DNA of 63,044 bases, filler included, from Guillardia theta CCMP2712 (taxonomy: Eukaryota > Protista > Cryptophyta): NCBI RefSeq assembly GCF_000315625.1. It is 3 parts of 3 records of this genome, joined end to end, with 100 filler letters (N's around TTAATTAATTAA, not from the genome) between each part and the next. Parts side by side here need not be neighbours in the genome. Positions count along the whole stretch, not along the records: positions 1 to 30,618 come from NW_005434650.1; positions 30,719 to 59,669 come from NW_005434441.1; 1 more part is not named here. The stretch is one strand, 5' to 3'. Below are positions 27,724 to 40,502 of the stretch, one piece after another. How positions within the stretch are numbered: the first letter of the stretch is position 1; the number at the start of each line of letters is the position of its first letter. The position numbers and the translations under genes are program-made. The notes under the pieces are model-generated. The model had not been told where the DNA came from and did no database searches. It saw nothing but the letters and a program-made list of their open reading frames with translations.

Positions 27724-29700
27724 ATGCCGGATGATGGCGGCGACGACGAAAGATACCTGGACCAAGAGACAGGTTGATGGATGCCTCTAGCTCAGCCCTG
27801 CTGATGACTTCTTGCAGTTGGTTCAGTGTATCGAGGGCAAGACAAGGTGTTAAAATCGTACAAGATCGGGAAGGAGTTGGGCAAAGGCAGTTTTGGAGTT
27901 GTCCGTATTGCAAAGGCTCGAAATAGCAAGAAGCTCTTTGCTATCAAGATGATTGCCAAGAACATGAAGAACTTTGACAAGCATTCTCTGGAGGTCGAGA
28001 TCCGGATATTGAAAGCTGCGGACCACCCGAACGTAATGCGGCTGTATGGGGTGTATGACGAGCTGGAAAGGACTTTCCTGATCCTTGAACTGATCCGCGG
28101 CAGCAACCTGATGGACCGAATCCTCAAGACAAAGCTGCTCTTCTCTGAAAGAGAAGCGGCAAAGCTCACCAAGGACGTTGCTGGGGCCCTCCGCACCCTC
28201 CACAGCATCCTGATCACCCATCGTGACCTGAAGCCTGAGAATCTCATGTACGCCTCCGACGATCCTGCTAGTCCTGAGTACTCGACCATCAAGCTCTGCG
28301 ACTTTGGGCTTGCAAAGATGTGCTCGTCTCCAATGGAAAAGATGACGTCTTTCTGTGGGACGCCTGGGTACATGGCCCCGGAGGTTTTAGACAAGCATCG
28401 TTCGTACGACAGCAAAGTGGATGTCTGGGTAAGAGGCAGTGATGTTTCTCTTGGCTCTCCTCGTTTCTTGATGAGTCTGACAGTCGCTCGGGGTCATCCT
28501 CTATGTTTTGCTCTGTGGGTACCTGCCGCACCCTTGGGTGGAGAACGCGGAGACAACGCTGAGGAGAATGAGGTCGACGGACTTGGAGTTCAAACCCGAG
28601 TGAGAGAAGCTAGCTCCTTTGTCTCCTTCCTGATGCTCGTTGGCAGGTTCTGGGAGAAGATCTCGGCTACATGCAAGGACCTGATCTGCAAGATGCTCAG
28701 CCTGGATGCAGCCCAGCGGCTGTCAGCCGCACAAGTTCTGGAGCATTCCTGGATCAAGAGTGACGGGCAAGTAGAGGGGGGAAGTCAAGAGGTGCATTCA
28801 AATCACACAGCGTTCTTGCTGCTGCGGAAGATACCCGTGTTCGCCAACGTGGATCCTTCGTGCCTGCGGGAGATCACCAACAAGCTGATGAGGGTGGTAA
28901 TGGAGCCCGGGCAGTACTGGCAGCTCCACCAAGACCAGAATCTGAGCATGTGCTTCATCGAGACTGGGAAGTTGGAGCTGATCGTTGATGGGATCGTAAT
29001 CGACAAGCTGACGACAGGAGGGTACTTCGGGGAGGCAGCTGTGCTGGTTGGGAGACAACTGTCCATTGACGCGTACGTGCCCAAGAGTGACGCGGGTCTA
29101 CCGTTCCCGACGACGCTGTTCAAGCTGAGAGCCGACGACTTCCAAGAGTTGCTCAAGACTTACCCGAAGCTAGAGCAGCACCTCGCTCAGATCGCGATCA
29201 GGAGGCTGCGGGAGGAGACGCTCAGGAAGTTGGACGTGCTGCCGAGCAGCGCGCAGGGCAGGTATGCTATCTACGAGGCGCTGGACGCTCTGGAGAAAAA
29301 GTGGGGAAGGCAAACAGAGGCGGGGCGATCGCTGCTGAGACGGGATGGAGGGAAGGAGGACTGGAGAAAGGTGTGGAGAATCTACACGCTGGTGGTCATT
29401 TGCGTGCTCCGGATCTACCGGCTGTCAAAGAGGCCATGGCGGCCGAACGCGCCGAGGCTGGAGATTGTGCATGAAGACAGCGAACTAGAGGAGGTGGACA
29501 CGTTCAAGTTCGAGCGGAGGTTCTCCAATGGCAACGGCCGATCGCTGGGGTCGCCGAAGCCAAGGATCTCGTTCCACAACATCTACTCGCCGGACAAAGT
29601 TCGGGCCGCGTTCTCAGGCGCCCGGACAGCACGAGCGCTCGGGTCCAACGACTCGCTCTCCTTCTCGGACCTCGTGTCCCCCCATCGGGTGAGGAACTAG
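27724..29700 (+). CDS. CAMK-group Ser/Thr protein kinase with C-terminal cyclic-nucleotide-binding-like domain
   Basis: LGKGSFGVV, FAIK, HRDLKPENL, DFGLAK, CGTPGYMAPE. Removing introns 28429-28483 and 28600-28646 restores DVWSLGVILYVLLCGYLP...FWEKISATCKDLICKML. CNB: LLRKIPVFANVDPSCLREI...MCFIETGKLEL...GGYFGEAAVL...LFKLRADDFQELLKTYP. Confidence 0.92.
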
Positions 29701-30618
29701 GATGTGGATGAGGGCTGAGAGCAGACGTGCGAGGAGGAGGATGCTGGGAGGGGAGGGGAAGAGAGAAATGGAGGGAGGAAAACTGGGGATAGGGAAAGGA
29801 AGAGGAAGGAGGGAGGAAGGGAGGGAGGGAGGGAGGGAGGGAGGGCGATGCGGAGAGGGAGGGAAGAGAGAGGAGAAAAATATACAGGGAGAGCGAAGGG
29901 AGGGAAGGGGAGGAGAGAGGATCGGAGGTGACGATTTGTTCCCGAACAGGATTCGTCAGGTTTCGGAGAGAACGACTCGGATGGGGAGGCAGACTACGAG
30001 TTCGCGGTGGCAGGGAACTGGTGAGGGAGGAGAGGGAGGAGAGTGCGGTCGGCTGAGGGAGGAACAGGAACAGCAAGGGGCCTGCGCGAGAGAAGCTCTG
30101 CAGTGACTTTGATATACCGGACTCGCCGGTATCGGTGAGCAGGGAGGGGAGAAGGAAGAGGATGGGGGAGAGGGGGAGGGAAGGAGGGTTAGAGGGAGGA
30201 GACGAAAGTGGGAGGAAAGGAGGGAGAAGTGGGGAGGGAGTGACGGAGAGGATGACGGAAGGGAGCGCTTGCTGTAAACCTCTGACAGTCGGTCGTGCAG
30301 GTGGAGAGGACTGAACGGCAGCTGCAGCCGATCGCTGAGCCAGTCGGGAAAGTACCGGCAGTGAAGATGTCAGCGTGTGGGAGCGGGATATGTGTTGTAC
30401 AGTGAGGAAGCGAGGGGGGGGCAGAGGAGATGTACAGAAGATGTGGATAGGGAGGAGAGGAGGTGCTTGTAGATTATATTTCATTGAAAGAGATTGGTTT
30501 ATACAGACGGGCGGAGATATGATACCTACAGACATTGACGGAGGAAGGGGAGGAGAGGAAGGAGAAGGAGAGGAGGAGAGTGGTACTGAGGAGAGATTAA
30601 GGGAGGAGGGATGGTGGG

Positions 30619-30718
30619 NNNNNNNNNNNNNNNNNNNNNNNNNNNNNNNNNNNNNNNNNNNNTTAATTAATTAANNNNNNNNNNNNNNNNNNNNNNNNNN
30701 NNNNNNNNNNNNNNNNNN
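30619..30718. other. Artificial contig-join spacer (N44-TTAATTAATTAA-N44)
   Basis: TTAATTAATTAA at 30663-30674 embedded in N gives stops in all six frames. Confidence 0.95.
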
Positions 30719-30830
30719 GAGGGAGGAGAGAGAGAGAGAGAGAAGAGGGAGGCAGGCAGGCAGGCAGGCAGGCAGGAGGGTGGGAGGGGAGGGAGGAAGC
30801 GAGCAAGGCTTGCTCACTTGTTGCCATCAG

Positions 30831-31730
30831 ATGAGATCGTCGGGAGTCTCCGACGAGGAGGCGAGGAAGAGATGTCTGAGAGGAGCTGATATCCTCGTAA
30901 GCTTCTCTCTGTCTCCGTTCTCCCTCCCGCTCGACTCCTCCATCGTCTCCCTCCAGCCTCTCCCCGCCCCCCTCCCCGCTGCTTTTTACCATCCTCCTCC
31001 TCCTCTTCCTCCTCTTCCTTCTCCTCCTCCTCGTCTTCCTCTTGATATTTGAGCCCCAACCCCAACCCCTGCCTCCCTTTTTTTCCTCTGTCCCTCGCAA
31101 TGCACTCCCTGCTATGTCCCTTTCTTTGCTTCCCGGACTCTCCCTTTTCTCCCACCACCACCACCTCCTCCTCCTCCTCTACCACCTCCTCCTGACCCTC
31201 AATCGGTGCTTCGTTGAAGTACTTCTGCCAATACAGGATGGTACTCAACCATTGGCGTGAGTCAATGGAGATGGACATTGCGCTCCATCTCTAGGATCAT
31301 CTTCAAGTGATTGCAGAGATTGTCTGGAATGNNNNNNNNNNNNNNNNNNNNNNNNNNNNNNNNNNNNNNNNNNNNNNNNNNNNNNNNNNNNNNNNNNNNN
31401 NNNNNNNNNNNNNNNNNNNNNNNNNNNNNNNCTCCTCTATCTCTTCCATCTCCATCTCCTTCTCCTCCATAGCAGACAATCTTTGATCCAGTTCCTTCCC
31501 ATATTGCTTGCTCATTTCCCTTCCTACCCTTCCTTTTCACCTTTCCCTCCCCCTTCGTTTTCGCCTTCCCCTCCCCCTCCCCTTCCTCTTCTTCGTCCTC
31601 GTCCTCGTCCTCTCCCCTTTTCCCTCCCTCGTCCTCTTCTGCCCTTGCATCTCCATCCCTCCCTTCCTGACCAGCCCTGCCAGACCCGGTAGCTTCAACC
31701 TCGGTTCTGCAATGGCAGCAAGTTTAAGTG
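30831..31730 (+). CDS. Probable 3' fragment of a hypothetical multi-exon gene
   Basis: Short AG/GT-bounded open segments (MRSSGVSDEEARKRCLRGADIL; YFCQYRMVLNHW); no domain recognised; broken by gaps. Confidence 0.3.
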
Positions 31731-31911
31731 AAGCTGCTCTTGCTGCGAGTGTAGATAAGTTCTTAGAAAGAGACAAAACGGCAAGAGGGTAGACCAGACG
31801 AGGTGATACCTTCCCGTTGAGGGACAGCAAGAACAAGGATTTCAAATCTAACGGTCTTGATCTTTTGAAAATATCTTGCGAGTTTTCAATCACTTGTGCT
31901 CGCAATGGCAA

Positions 31912-34900
31912 TTAGAACATGTCTGGCTCAACGTCGACTCTGATCTTGTAAGCTTCTTTCAGCGCCATCGCCTCCAAGGAGCCCTGGACATGGCTGATCG
32001 TCTCATACAGAATCTGAACCGCACCCGGTCAGGTCAATTGTGACAATGAGGGTCTGAGGAGAAGATAGGAAGAGGAGGTAGCGGGAGAGAGAGGAAGGGG
32101 GGAGGGAGAGAGAGAGAAGGCAGAGGACAAGACAAGAGAGAGAGAGAAGGCAGAGGACAAGACAAGAGAGAGAGAGGACGAGGAGGGGGGAGGACGATAG
32201 CAACAGTCAGCAGACAGGACGAGGAATGGCAGGCAAGCTCTGGCAATCAACCATCACCTCTATGTTGTGCCGCATCAGAAGAACCTCGTCAACCAGAGAG
32301 ATCTCCGACTGATCAGACTTGCGATCCTTGGCCTTGAGGTGATCATCAAACATCAGCCTTTCCAGCCGCTCTGCGCCATCCGCCGGGATGTAAGATAACG
32401 AGAGCGAGTTGCTGACTTGGGGGGAAGCAGCTTTGAACTTGTCTTCCACCACGTGCTCAAGGTTCTCAAGCCTTATCATGCAGTCCTTGTTGGAAACTTC
32501 AAGTTTCCGCCGTATCCAGTAGATGTCGGTGTTGAGCTCGGTGATTGCGTCGAACGTACCGGCAGGAATTCCGTTGTCGGATCGTGACAGAATGTCAGGT
32601 TGTTGGTCTGCTGGGGAGCTTCCCCCTGACTCCTCTGTCGTTCCCTTCCTGTCAGCATCGGATGGAGTGCCTCTGAAAGGTCTGGAGGCTTCAGGTAGTG
32701 GGGAAGTCACCTTCAGAAGGTTTGCGACATGATCGAGAATTCTCAGCTTTCCGTGCAGTTGTTCCTGTAGTTCGCATACCTCACTTCCAACAGCCTCGAC
32801 CTTCTCCAAAATGTTCTGGAGCTCCCTCTGCCACTTCCCAGTAGGTACACTGAGATCCTCCGAAGTTGATGTTCTCTTTGCCCCAGCGAGCTTGTTCTCT
32901 AAGGCAGAGATGGCAGACAAGATGGAGCAGAGCGGCTGCTCCAAGACCAAGAGAACCTTCTCGAATAGAGCAAGAAAACCATCAAAAGAGGTTCTGATCT
33001 GCTCTCTCTGTTCTGACATCGCTGACTTGTCCTGCAACATCAATTGGCCGTAGGCATCAATGTCGGCCTCCATGGATGTCATTGAAGACTTCATACCCTT
33101 AACTTCTTGCGATAACAAGTCAAAGCCAGTTTCCCAGGACTTCCTCCAGCTAGCCTCCACCAATGACGACTCTTTGTGCTGTCGGTTTGAGTTGAGGTGT
33201 TGTTCAACTTTATCTCTGAGCTCTGCCAGATCGGACGCGCTGGCAAATCCTTGCTCGAGATCATGTCTGCTGAGAAAATTCAACAAACGATCGACCTTGG
33301 AGTTGACATCATCGAGTTTGGACAAGTTCACTCGCGAGTCTGTGATCCGTGCTTCCAACATCGCCTCCAGCTCCTTGTTGATGTTTGCTTTCATGTCTCG
33401 AAGCTGCGCCATGGTCCAACTATGCATGTCTGATATGGACAACGACAAGTCATCTCGTTGCAGAGCTGTCGTCAGCTTGAGCTTCATGTCATCCAGGCTG
33501 ATGTTTTCCGCCCTCTGCCTCCGCTGGGTCCTGTCAAGGCTTTTCAACTTTGTTTATGACTTGCATTCTGGTCGTCGATGTGCTCCAACCTAAGCTCAAG
33601 TCTCTCTATCTTGGACCTCAAGTCTTCGGCATCCCTCGAGTCTCTGCCAAGCCTGTCCGAAGGGCCCAGGTAAGGGTTAGAGCTGTCTTGGTTGAGAGAC
33701 AGCATGACACGAAGAGACTCGAGCTGGTTCTTGAGGTCATAGATCGCATGATTCAAGGAAGATTCAACATTCAGCAGGCTGTTCGTCACTCCGTCAACTC
33801 TCCCCGACATCTCGAGGCTGATGTCGATCATCTTCTTGCTCGTGAGTTGCTCTAGGAACTTCGACTGGGCCTCAAGGGCCTCCCGGTTGTGCTCGACGAG
33901 ATTAGTCAACTTCTTCTCCATCTCCTCGTCCCGTTGTGTGGAGGAGAGCTGGACGTAATCCTGGATCTCTGCCTTCAGCTGAACTTTGACGGAATGAAGT
34001 TCATCCCTCAGTTTCGAGCTCTCCAGTTCCAACGTCAAGACCTTGTCTCCCAGCAACTTGCTATCACGTGCAGATTCGGACCTGCTCCGATCTTCCAGCA
34101 CAGACTTATTTTGCAAGTCCAGCACCAACTCATTCAACGAATCTTTCATTTCTGCTGCGAGGTTTTGATTTCGGGTTGCAATCTGGCTAAACTTGTCCAA
34201 ATCAAGTTCTAAGGAGTCAAGTTTCCTCTTGCAGAGATTCATTTCACCTTGCAGTGACCCTGTTGAGAGCTTGATGACGTCTAGACTGTCAGACTGAGCG
34301 CTGAATTCTTTCGCCATATCGTCCAGTCGCTTGTTGAACAAGTTGAGATAATCGTTGTGCTGATCTATATCATGGCTGTAGTCTGCCTTCAGCCGAGAAA
34401 CCTTGTGGGTATTCTCAGAGATCTCGATCTTGATGTCTTGGTACTCAAAGTCCAACTTGTCTGACCTCTCTCGCAATTCTTTGAAGATCTCGTACATTGA
34501 TGAGAACTCCTCACTCAACACTTTTTCCATCTCTTTGATTTGTTCTTTCGCCAGCAGACTAGAGTCTTCGAGCTTCTTGTCAATCTCGACATCTTTCATT
34601 CTCATGAGACTTTTTATTCCACTGATGGCTTCGGAAAGAACGCTTGCTGACCACGATTGCGTCTTTACAAGACTTTCTGTCAATGTTTCATACGTGGTTT
34701 CCATGCCGCACAAAACCTGTAGCTGAGCTTCCAACGTCGCATTGTTTTGTTGTTGACTGTCTTGTACGACGTGTTGAGTTGTCAATTGCACCTGTTGAAT
34801 ATCACCCTCGATTTTGAGACTCAGTTCTTGAATGTCCTTTGTAACAGCCAGCATATTTTCTTGAAATTGCCTTGAAAGTGAACTTGCAGAATTCTCATAG

Positions 34901-37351
34901 GATACCTTGCAACTTAGAAATTCTCCTTGCAGCTCTGCAATCTTCATCCCTTGTATTTCATTGATCATGTTGAATTTTGATTCTATTTCATTATGGAAGT
35001 TGCGATCTGTTGTATTGATCTTTTCATCGAGCTCATTCTCAAATTTAGTTCTTATCGCTTCAATATTCTCTGTGATATCCCTTTCTAAAGTGCTGATTCT
35101 TGCCTCTGCTTTTGTTTTCACAGCGTTCAACTCATTTCTTTCTGCATTCAGCCCGTCCTCTAGCAGTTTCCTTACTTCTCCAATGTCATTTTCTTCCTTT
35201 GATTGGCACTTGCTGATCTGACATGTCGTTAGATTGGAAGGGTATGTACAAGCAGAGAATCACCTTAGCCTCTAAGGAGTCTATAGAGTCCTTAAGAGCA
35301 TTTTCAAAGTTTTCCTGCTTTTCAAAAACACTCAGGGACATTGCAGCCAAGTCCTTCTCGACAGATCCTATCTTCTTCGAACAATCTTTCGAGATATTGT
35401 TTAACTTGATCTCGATTTCCACCTTTTCCTTCTCACGTTCCTTTTTTAGAGAACCCTGGAACATATTGAGTCCGTTCTCAACCTGATTCATCTTTTCTGC
35501 AATGCTTTCCTCAAGACCTGATCTTACATCTTGCAATTGTTCGGACAAGGAGTTTAACTTGTTTGTGAGCTCTGATATTTTGTTGCTGGTTTGTTGATTG
35601 ACGACATCAAGGCGTTGATCAATCAACCTTTCAATTCTGTCCTGGAACTCAGCGTACAACAGATTTTCTCGGTCTTCATTCATCACGCTTGACATTTTCG
35701 AAAGGATCGTTTGCATCAAACTGAAATACCCTTGTTGATTTGCTGCTGATAGCATGTTATCTGTCATAGACCTTACTTCATCATCATATTTTTCAATGAG
35801 ATATCTTGGCTTTCATCCCTGACTAGGTCACTTATTTGAAGATAATTCTCCTTCCATGCGCGTGTATATTTCTCAAAGGTCTTGGAGTGATTTTCAAGTA
35901 ACAAGGCATGTAGCTGCCCTTCTGCAATCTCTCTGACCTCAAACACTTTGGTCTGATCTGACACGTCAACTGATATTTGGAGAGATAGGTCTAGAGAGCA
36001 AGCATATGCCTGCAAGTCCTGCACGAGCTGCTGCATGTCCTGTGGATCCACTCCAACAGCCAGATTTCGTGCGACGTCGAAGGATTGCTGCAGCCCCGCT
36101 CGATGCAAGGCGTATAGTTCTTCCAATGGCAGTGGCAGACGGGCTTGCAAATCTTTGACGCTGGAGATATACGTGTCGAGAGCTGCTTTGTGTGCACGTT
36201 CCCTGGCGATCTTTGCAATGATTTGAGCCTACAGAACGTTGGATCACTCTTTCTTGCTTGTCAGATTTTAAATACCTGGGTAGGAATCTCGGAAATGGAC
36301 ATCAGTAATCCACTCTTGGTCGCAATCTGATCTGTGTATTTCACAATCAAGTCAACCAGTACAGCACCGTTGATTTGATTCGTCCCAATCGAAGGTGGAG
36401 TCATTGCGTGCTTGAATACGAGCCGATCCAATATGTAGAACTCTTCCACAAAGTTTGTTTTGAGTTCACTGAACTCCATCTGGTCCACCTCTTGTAATGA
36501 TGCCTCTGAGTCGACCGGCCGGGGAAGTGGAACACAGTCATATTCTCGAAACACCTGTCTGAGTTTCCGCAGATGGACATCTTCTAATTTGTTACACATT
36601 TCTGACTTGGGGTCGTGCCGCATCTGCAGCTGCATATCTCTCAATATCCACACACTGCAAATTGATGGTCACGTGGTTGTGCGCCAAGAAATCAACTTAC
36701 AACACAGGCCTGTTGGAGTTTGACTCGTTTGTGTTCGCTCCAAGCTGTTCAGCAACTGCCAAAATAGTATTGAGTTTCTCTGTTGCAGTGCTATCGATCG
36801 AGCTCTTTGTCTGGTACAGGAACACATTCGATATCAACAGCGCAAGAGAGCTGAGCATCCAATTGTATGATTGACTGATATGAGGTGTGTCCAATCCCTC
36901 TGTATCCGCTGTGACAGGCAGCAAGTCACAGAAACTACCTTCACTACCACGAGCTCACCGAAGCAGACAACCACCTCCGGAGCCCTTGGATGTCTTCGAA
37001 GCCAGATCCAGATACCTGGTCTTGGATCAATGGCAAGGATGAATGAAGGAGATGATGCTGCCTGTGGTTTGGGCATCGAGAGAATGGCCAAGACCAAACC
37101 CTCCCGTGCTCCGAGAGTGGAAGAGGTTCAACAGGGTCGACTTGCCCAGCCTCTGAGGTCCGACGCCAGTCACCACCGAGATGGGTGAGTTTACATTCCG
37201 AAGCGCCTCGAGAGTCTCAGGCACTGGCTCAAGGTATGTGTGGCACGACGAAGGCCGTAGCAACTAGTAGGAGATAAGTTGATCATCACAGAGCTTACAT
37301 CATTGGCACCTGCATCGGAGCCAAGAAGGCGGGATTGGTTGAATCATCCAT
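31912..37351 (-). CDS. Guanylate-binding protein (GBP/atlastin-family GTPase) with very long C-terminal coiled coil
   Basis: APMQ-LLRP..ETLEALRNVNSPISVVTGVGPQRLGKSTLLN (G1 GxxRxGKS), GFGLGHSLDAQTTG-IWIW, DTEGL, LALLISNVFLYQ, VWILRD, LPRP. Then heptad-rich E/K/L/S ORFs 35186-35767, 33544-35130 and 32207-33547, and a last exon ILYETISHVQG...VEPDMF* (stop 31912-31914). Confidence 0.88.
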
Positions 37352-37612
37352 GAAATGCTTGGACGGTTTTCTGACAGGTAGGAAGATTTCGCTGCTTTTC
37401 AAAGAATCAATCCTGGTTTCAAATTGATGAATAGAGGCGTATGCTCTCAGGGGGCGGGAATCTCGTCCAATGGCCAATGAGACGCTAATTCTTCATTATC
37501 TATCCTCTATCAAGTCCTCCCCTCTTCCTACCCATCCTCTCTCCCTACAGCTTCTCCCCCTCCCTCCCTCATCTCCTGCCCTCCTCCTCCTTCTCGCTCT
37601 CCTTCATGCTGC

Positions 37613-38260
37613 CATGAAGCCACAAACCTCGGTTTTGGCGCCTTCGACCGAAAAAAAAACATCAAGAGTTTGACCAGGAAGTTGACAAACAGGGTGGGTA
37701 CGAAGGGGGATGAGGACAAAAACAGGGTGTGATGGGGGATGAGGGGGGATCGGCGGCCCGCTCCTGAAAACAATGGTGGGTTTCTGCACGACGACGGTGG
37801 CGTTGACAGCGATGATGGCGCTTGTGATAGCAGCATCAGCAGCATCAGCAGCATCAGCAGCATCAGCAGCATCAGCAGCATCAGCAGCATCAGCAGCATC
37901 AGCAGCATCAGCAGCATCAGCAGCATCAGCAGCATCAGGATCCAGTGCATCTTATGCTTCCGGGTCAAGATGCCTGTTTGTCTCTCCTTCAGGTACCAAC
38001 ACGCGATCTCGACCATTCTTCGATCCTTCTGGGTTCTGTCGGCGTTCTTGCAGTCTGTATCGCGCGAGCCCCATGGTGCAGATTCAGCTGCGTGCAGGAG
38101 GCGATAACAAGGACAAGGAGGGCGAAACTTTTGCTGAGAAGCACGAGGATAAAAGGGGGGTAACGGGACGTTTTCTCGTCCTTTGCAGAAGGGTTGGATG
38201 CATCTGAGATGGACGAGAAGGAGTTTAGATCTGCCCTGAGGTGCTTGCTTCCTGTCCCAA
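37613..38260 (+). CDS. Possible small hypothetical gene containing a 9-bp tandem repeat
   Basis: Splice-like boundaries around short open segments (YQHAISTILRSFWVLSAFLQSVSR; EAITRTRRAKLLL; EGLDASEMDEKEFRSALR) running into a gap. Confidence 0.3.
37829..37937. repeat. (AGCAGCATC)n 9-bp tandem repeat
   Basis: About 12 direct copies. Confidence 0.95.
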
Positions 38261-38397
38261 NNNNNNNNNNNNNNNNNNNNNNNNNNNNNNNNNNNNNNNN
38301 NNNNNNNNNNNNNNNNNNNNNNNNNNNNNNNNNNNNNNNNNNNNNNNNNNNNNNNNNNNNTCAAGTTACTGTTAGACCGCGACTGCTGTATGTACAA

Positions 38398-38814
38398 CTA
38401 ACTTGAAAGATCAAAGTACTTTCATCGGAGTCATGGCATGCTCACGAGAGTTCGAACGCGGGCGTTAGCCGTGATGGCATAGAGGAGCTTGTCGCGGAGG
38501 TTGGAGGAGCTCGGGTAAAGAGGGAGCTTCAGGAGGTTCATGCAGGTGCTAGAGGTCGGAAGGCGATCCTCCGACTTGCCCGTCATGTAGTCCCAGAAGC
38601 CCTTGTCGGAGTGAACGCGATGGATGGTGAAGGGAGGCTGGAGGGAGGCAAAGCCAAGGAGGGGAGGGCGCGGGCAGGAGGTGACGAACTTGAGGAGAGC
38701 TGACTTTTCCTTGCTCGAGAACTGCGCCACGACCTTCCAGAACCTCCGGCAAGTGCTGTCGAGGGAGGTATATCCCCCAGAGTAGACCGTGTGAGCCTTG
38801 AGGTTCTCGACGTC
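38398..38814 (-). CDS. HECT E3 ubiquitin ligase, C-terminal part only (UBE3B/UBE3C-like)
   Basis: DVENLKAHTVYSGGY...FWKVVAQFSSKEKSALLKFVTSCPRPPLLGFASLQPPFTI...DRLPTSSTCMNLLKLPLY...LRDKLLYAITANAR, spliced to YFDLSS*; catalytic Cys present. Confidence 0.85.
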
Positions 38815-38918
38815 TCCCTCCCTCCCCTCCCTCCCCCTACCCCTCCCCTCCCCTCCCCTCCCTCCCTCTCTCCCTCCCTCCTTCCCTCTCTCCCTGCGTT
38901 CCCAGAATCTCTGCATTC

Positions 38919-40428
38919 TTAAACAGTTGGCAGGGACAAGATGATGGAGAGGAGGAGGAACAGCCCAGGGAACCGAGCAACAGGTTCGTTTTGAGGTCTC
39001 AAAGAAGATCGGTGACTGAGGAGCAGGCGACTACATGGAGTACCTGGCCCGGGGCCACATGGAGGAGGTGGAGGATGAGATAGATGATGAGGCAGCGAGG
39101 ATTGCGGAGAGAGCGAGGAAGATGATTGACAACATGTGAAGATGAGAATAACAAGAGCGGGGAAATGAATGTACGGGGAGGGATAGGAGAGGGGATTGGA
39201 AGAGGGACTGGGATGCAGATGGGAGGGGAAAGGAAGGGAGGAAGGCACGCAGGAACGCACCTTGAGAATGGGTGAAGGGGGCGGGGGGGGGGGACGGAGG
39301 ACAGAGGAAAGAAAGTCAAGGCTGTTAACATGGTTCTGCACAACAATTGGACGACGAAGCTGCTAGAGCTCAGTAGAGAAAGACTCGCTCTCCCCTTGAA
39401 ACTTCAATCTCCGGCCAGAGAAAGCCGAGGAGGGTAGAGGGGGTGGAGGCCTCCTGCCTTGCCCTGGCCTCCTGTGCAGAGTTCGCGCGCACATGATCAG
39501 CCCCTGCTGCTGCTCGTGAGATCGGCAGGAGAGGATGGAAGGAAAGTACCTGCATAGTATCTCTGCTCAGTCCTGTCTGCTCGTACAAAGGGCTCAGCCT
39601 GGAAGGAACAGAGTCAGGTCAGTGGAGGGAGGCGACAGGGAGAGACAACAAGGGGATGGATTATCCTGAGGGATGGAGCGATACAGTGAGCAGGGAAGGA
39701 GGATGGGAGAGCCGGAGATGAGGAGAGATGGAGGGTAGGCAAGGGGGTAAGAAGAGACATCCGGCGGTAACTGACATGACTCTCGTCGTTCTCCTCGTCA
39801 TTAAAAGGATCCTCGTGATCCCTTTGACCTGCTGGGCCGTCGGCCGCGAGCCCATGGACCTCCCGGACACTGGGCGCGGCTGGGCTAGGGGCTCTGCGAC
39901 GTTAGGTTCGTAAGGGGCTGCACAGACAACTGATTCAGCCATTACATCATTCGATCGTCGCCGAAGACTTGAAGCCCTTCGAACTTGATCTGCGGGCTCG
40001 ACGTGAGGAAGAGGAGCAAGGGGAGGAGTGAATTCTACCTTAAAGAGGTCCAGCTCATCAATCCTGGAGAGCGAGGCGAGGGTAGACGCTTCGGGATCGG
40101 AGCCTTCGACCCGACTGAAGAGTTCTCCTGCACAAAGAGAGAAAGAGGGGGGCTATCAGGGCCAGGGGCTTCCTGTCAGTCCTCAAAGATTCACCTTGAA
40201 GGGAGGAAAACTCCCGACAGCGAATGTCGTCTCCGTTGCCTTGAATGAGTGACGAAGACTTGGCCACACTTGTCCCCAGTCCAGGGCCTGGCGAGCAGAT
40301 GGTAACCGAACATTCATGCGCGTTGCGAGCACAAACCTGGCAGGCTAGAATTCGGTAAATCCCGGAAGGCATCATCAATCCTATGAAAAATGATGAGATC
40401 GGAAAGAGGGGAAGGAGGAGGAAGAGTT

Positions 40429-40502
<74 letters not shown>

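Noticed and set aside
28429-28646. Kinase ORF reading through subdomains IX-X with an unrelated sequence, suggesting a dual-coding exon or defective kinase
   Set aside because: Two ordinary GT-AG introns (55 and 47 nt) sum to a multiple of three and happen to be stop-free; splicing restores the canonical motifs.
29930-30400. Possible 3' exons of a minus-strand gene
   Set aside because: Short segments between purine tracts at a contig end; frame and product could not be determined.
30663-30674. Palindromic TTAATTAATTAA (also 59714-59725) resembling a piggyBac TTAA site or regulatory element
   Set aside because: It is centred in N runs of identical length and is an artificial all-frame stop linker.
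37829-37937. Regular repeat that could suggest a CRISPR array or an antifreeze-like poly-Ala/Ser peptide
   Set aside because: It is a pure 9-bp tandem repeat with no spacers, and the reading frame is not established.
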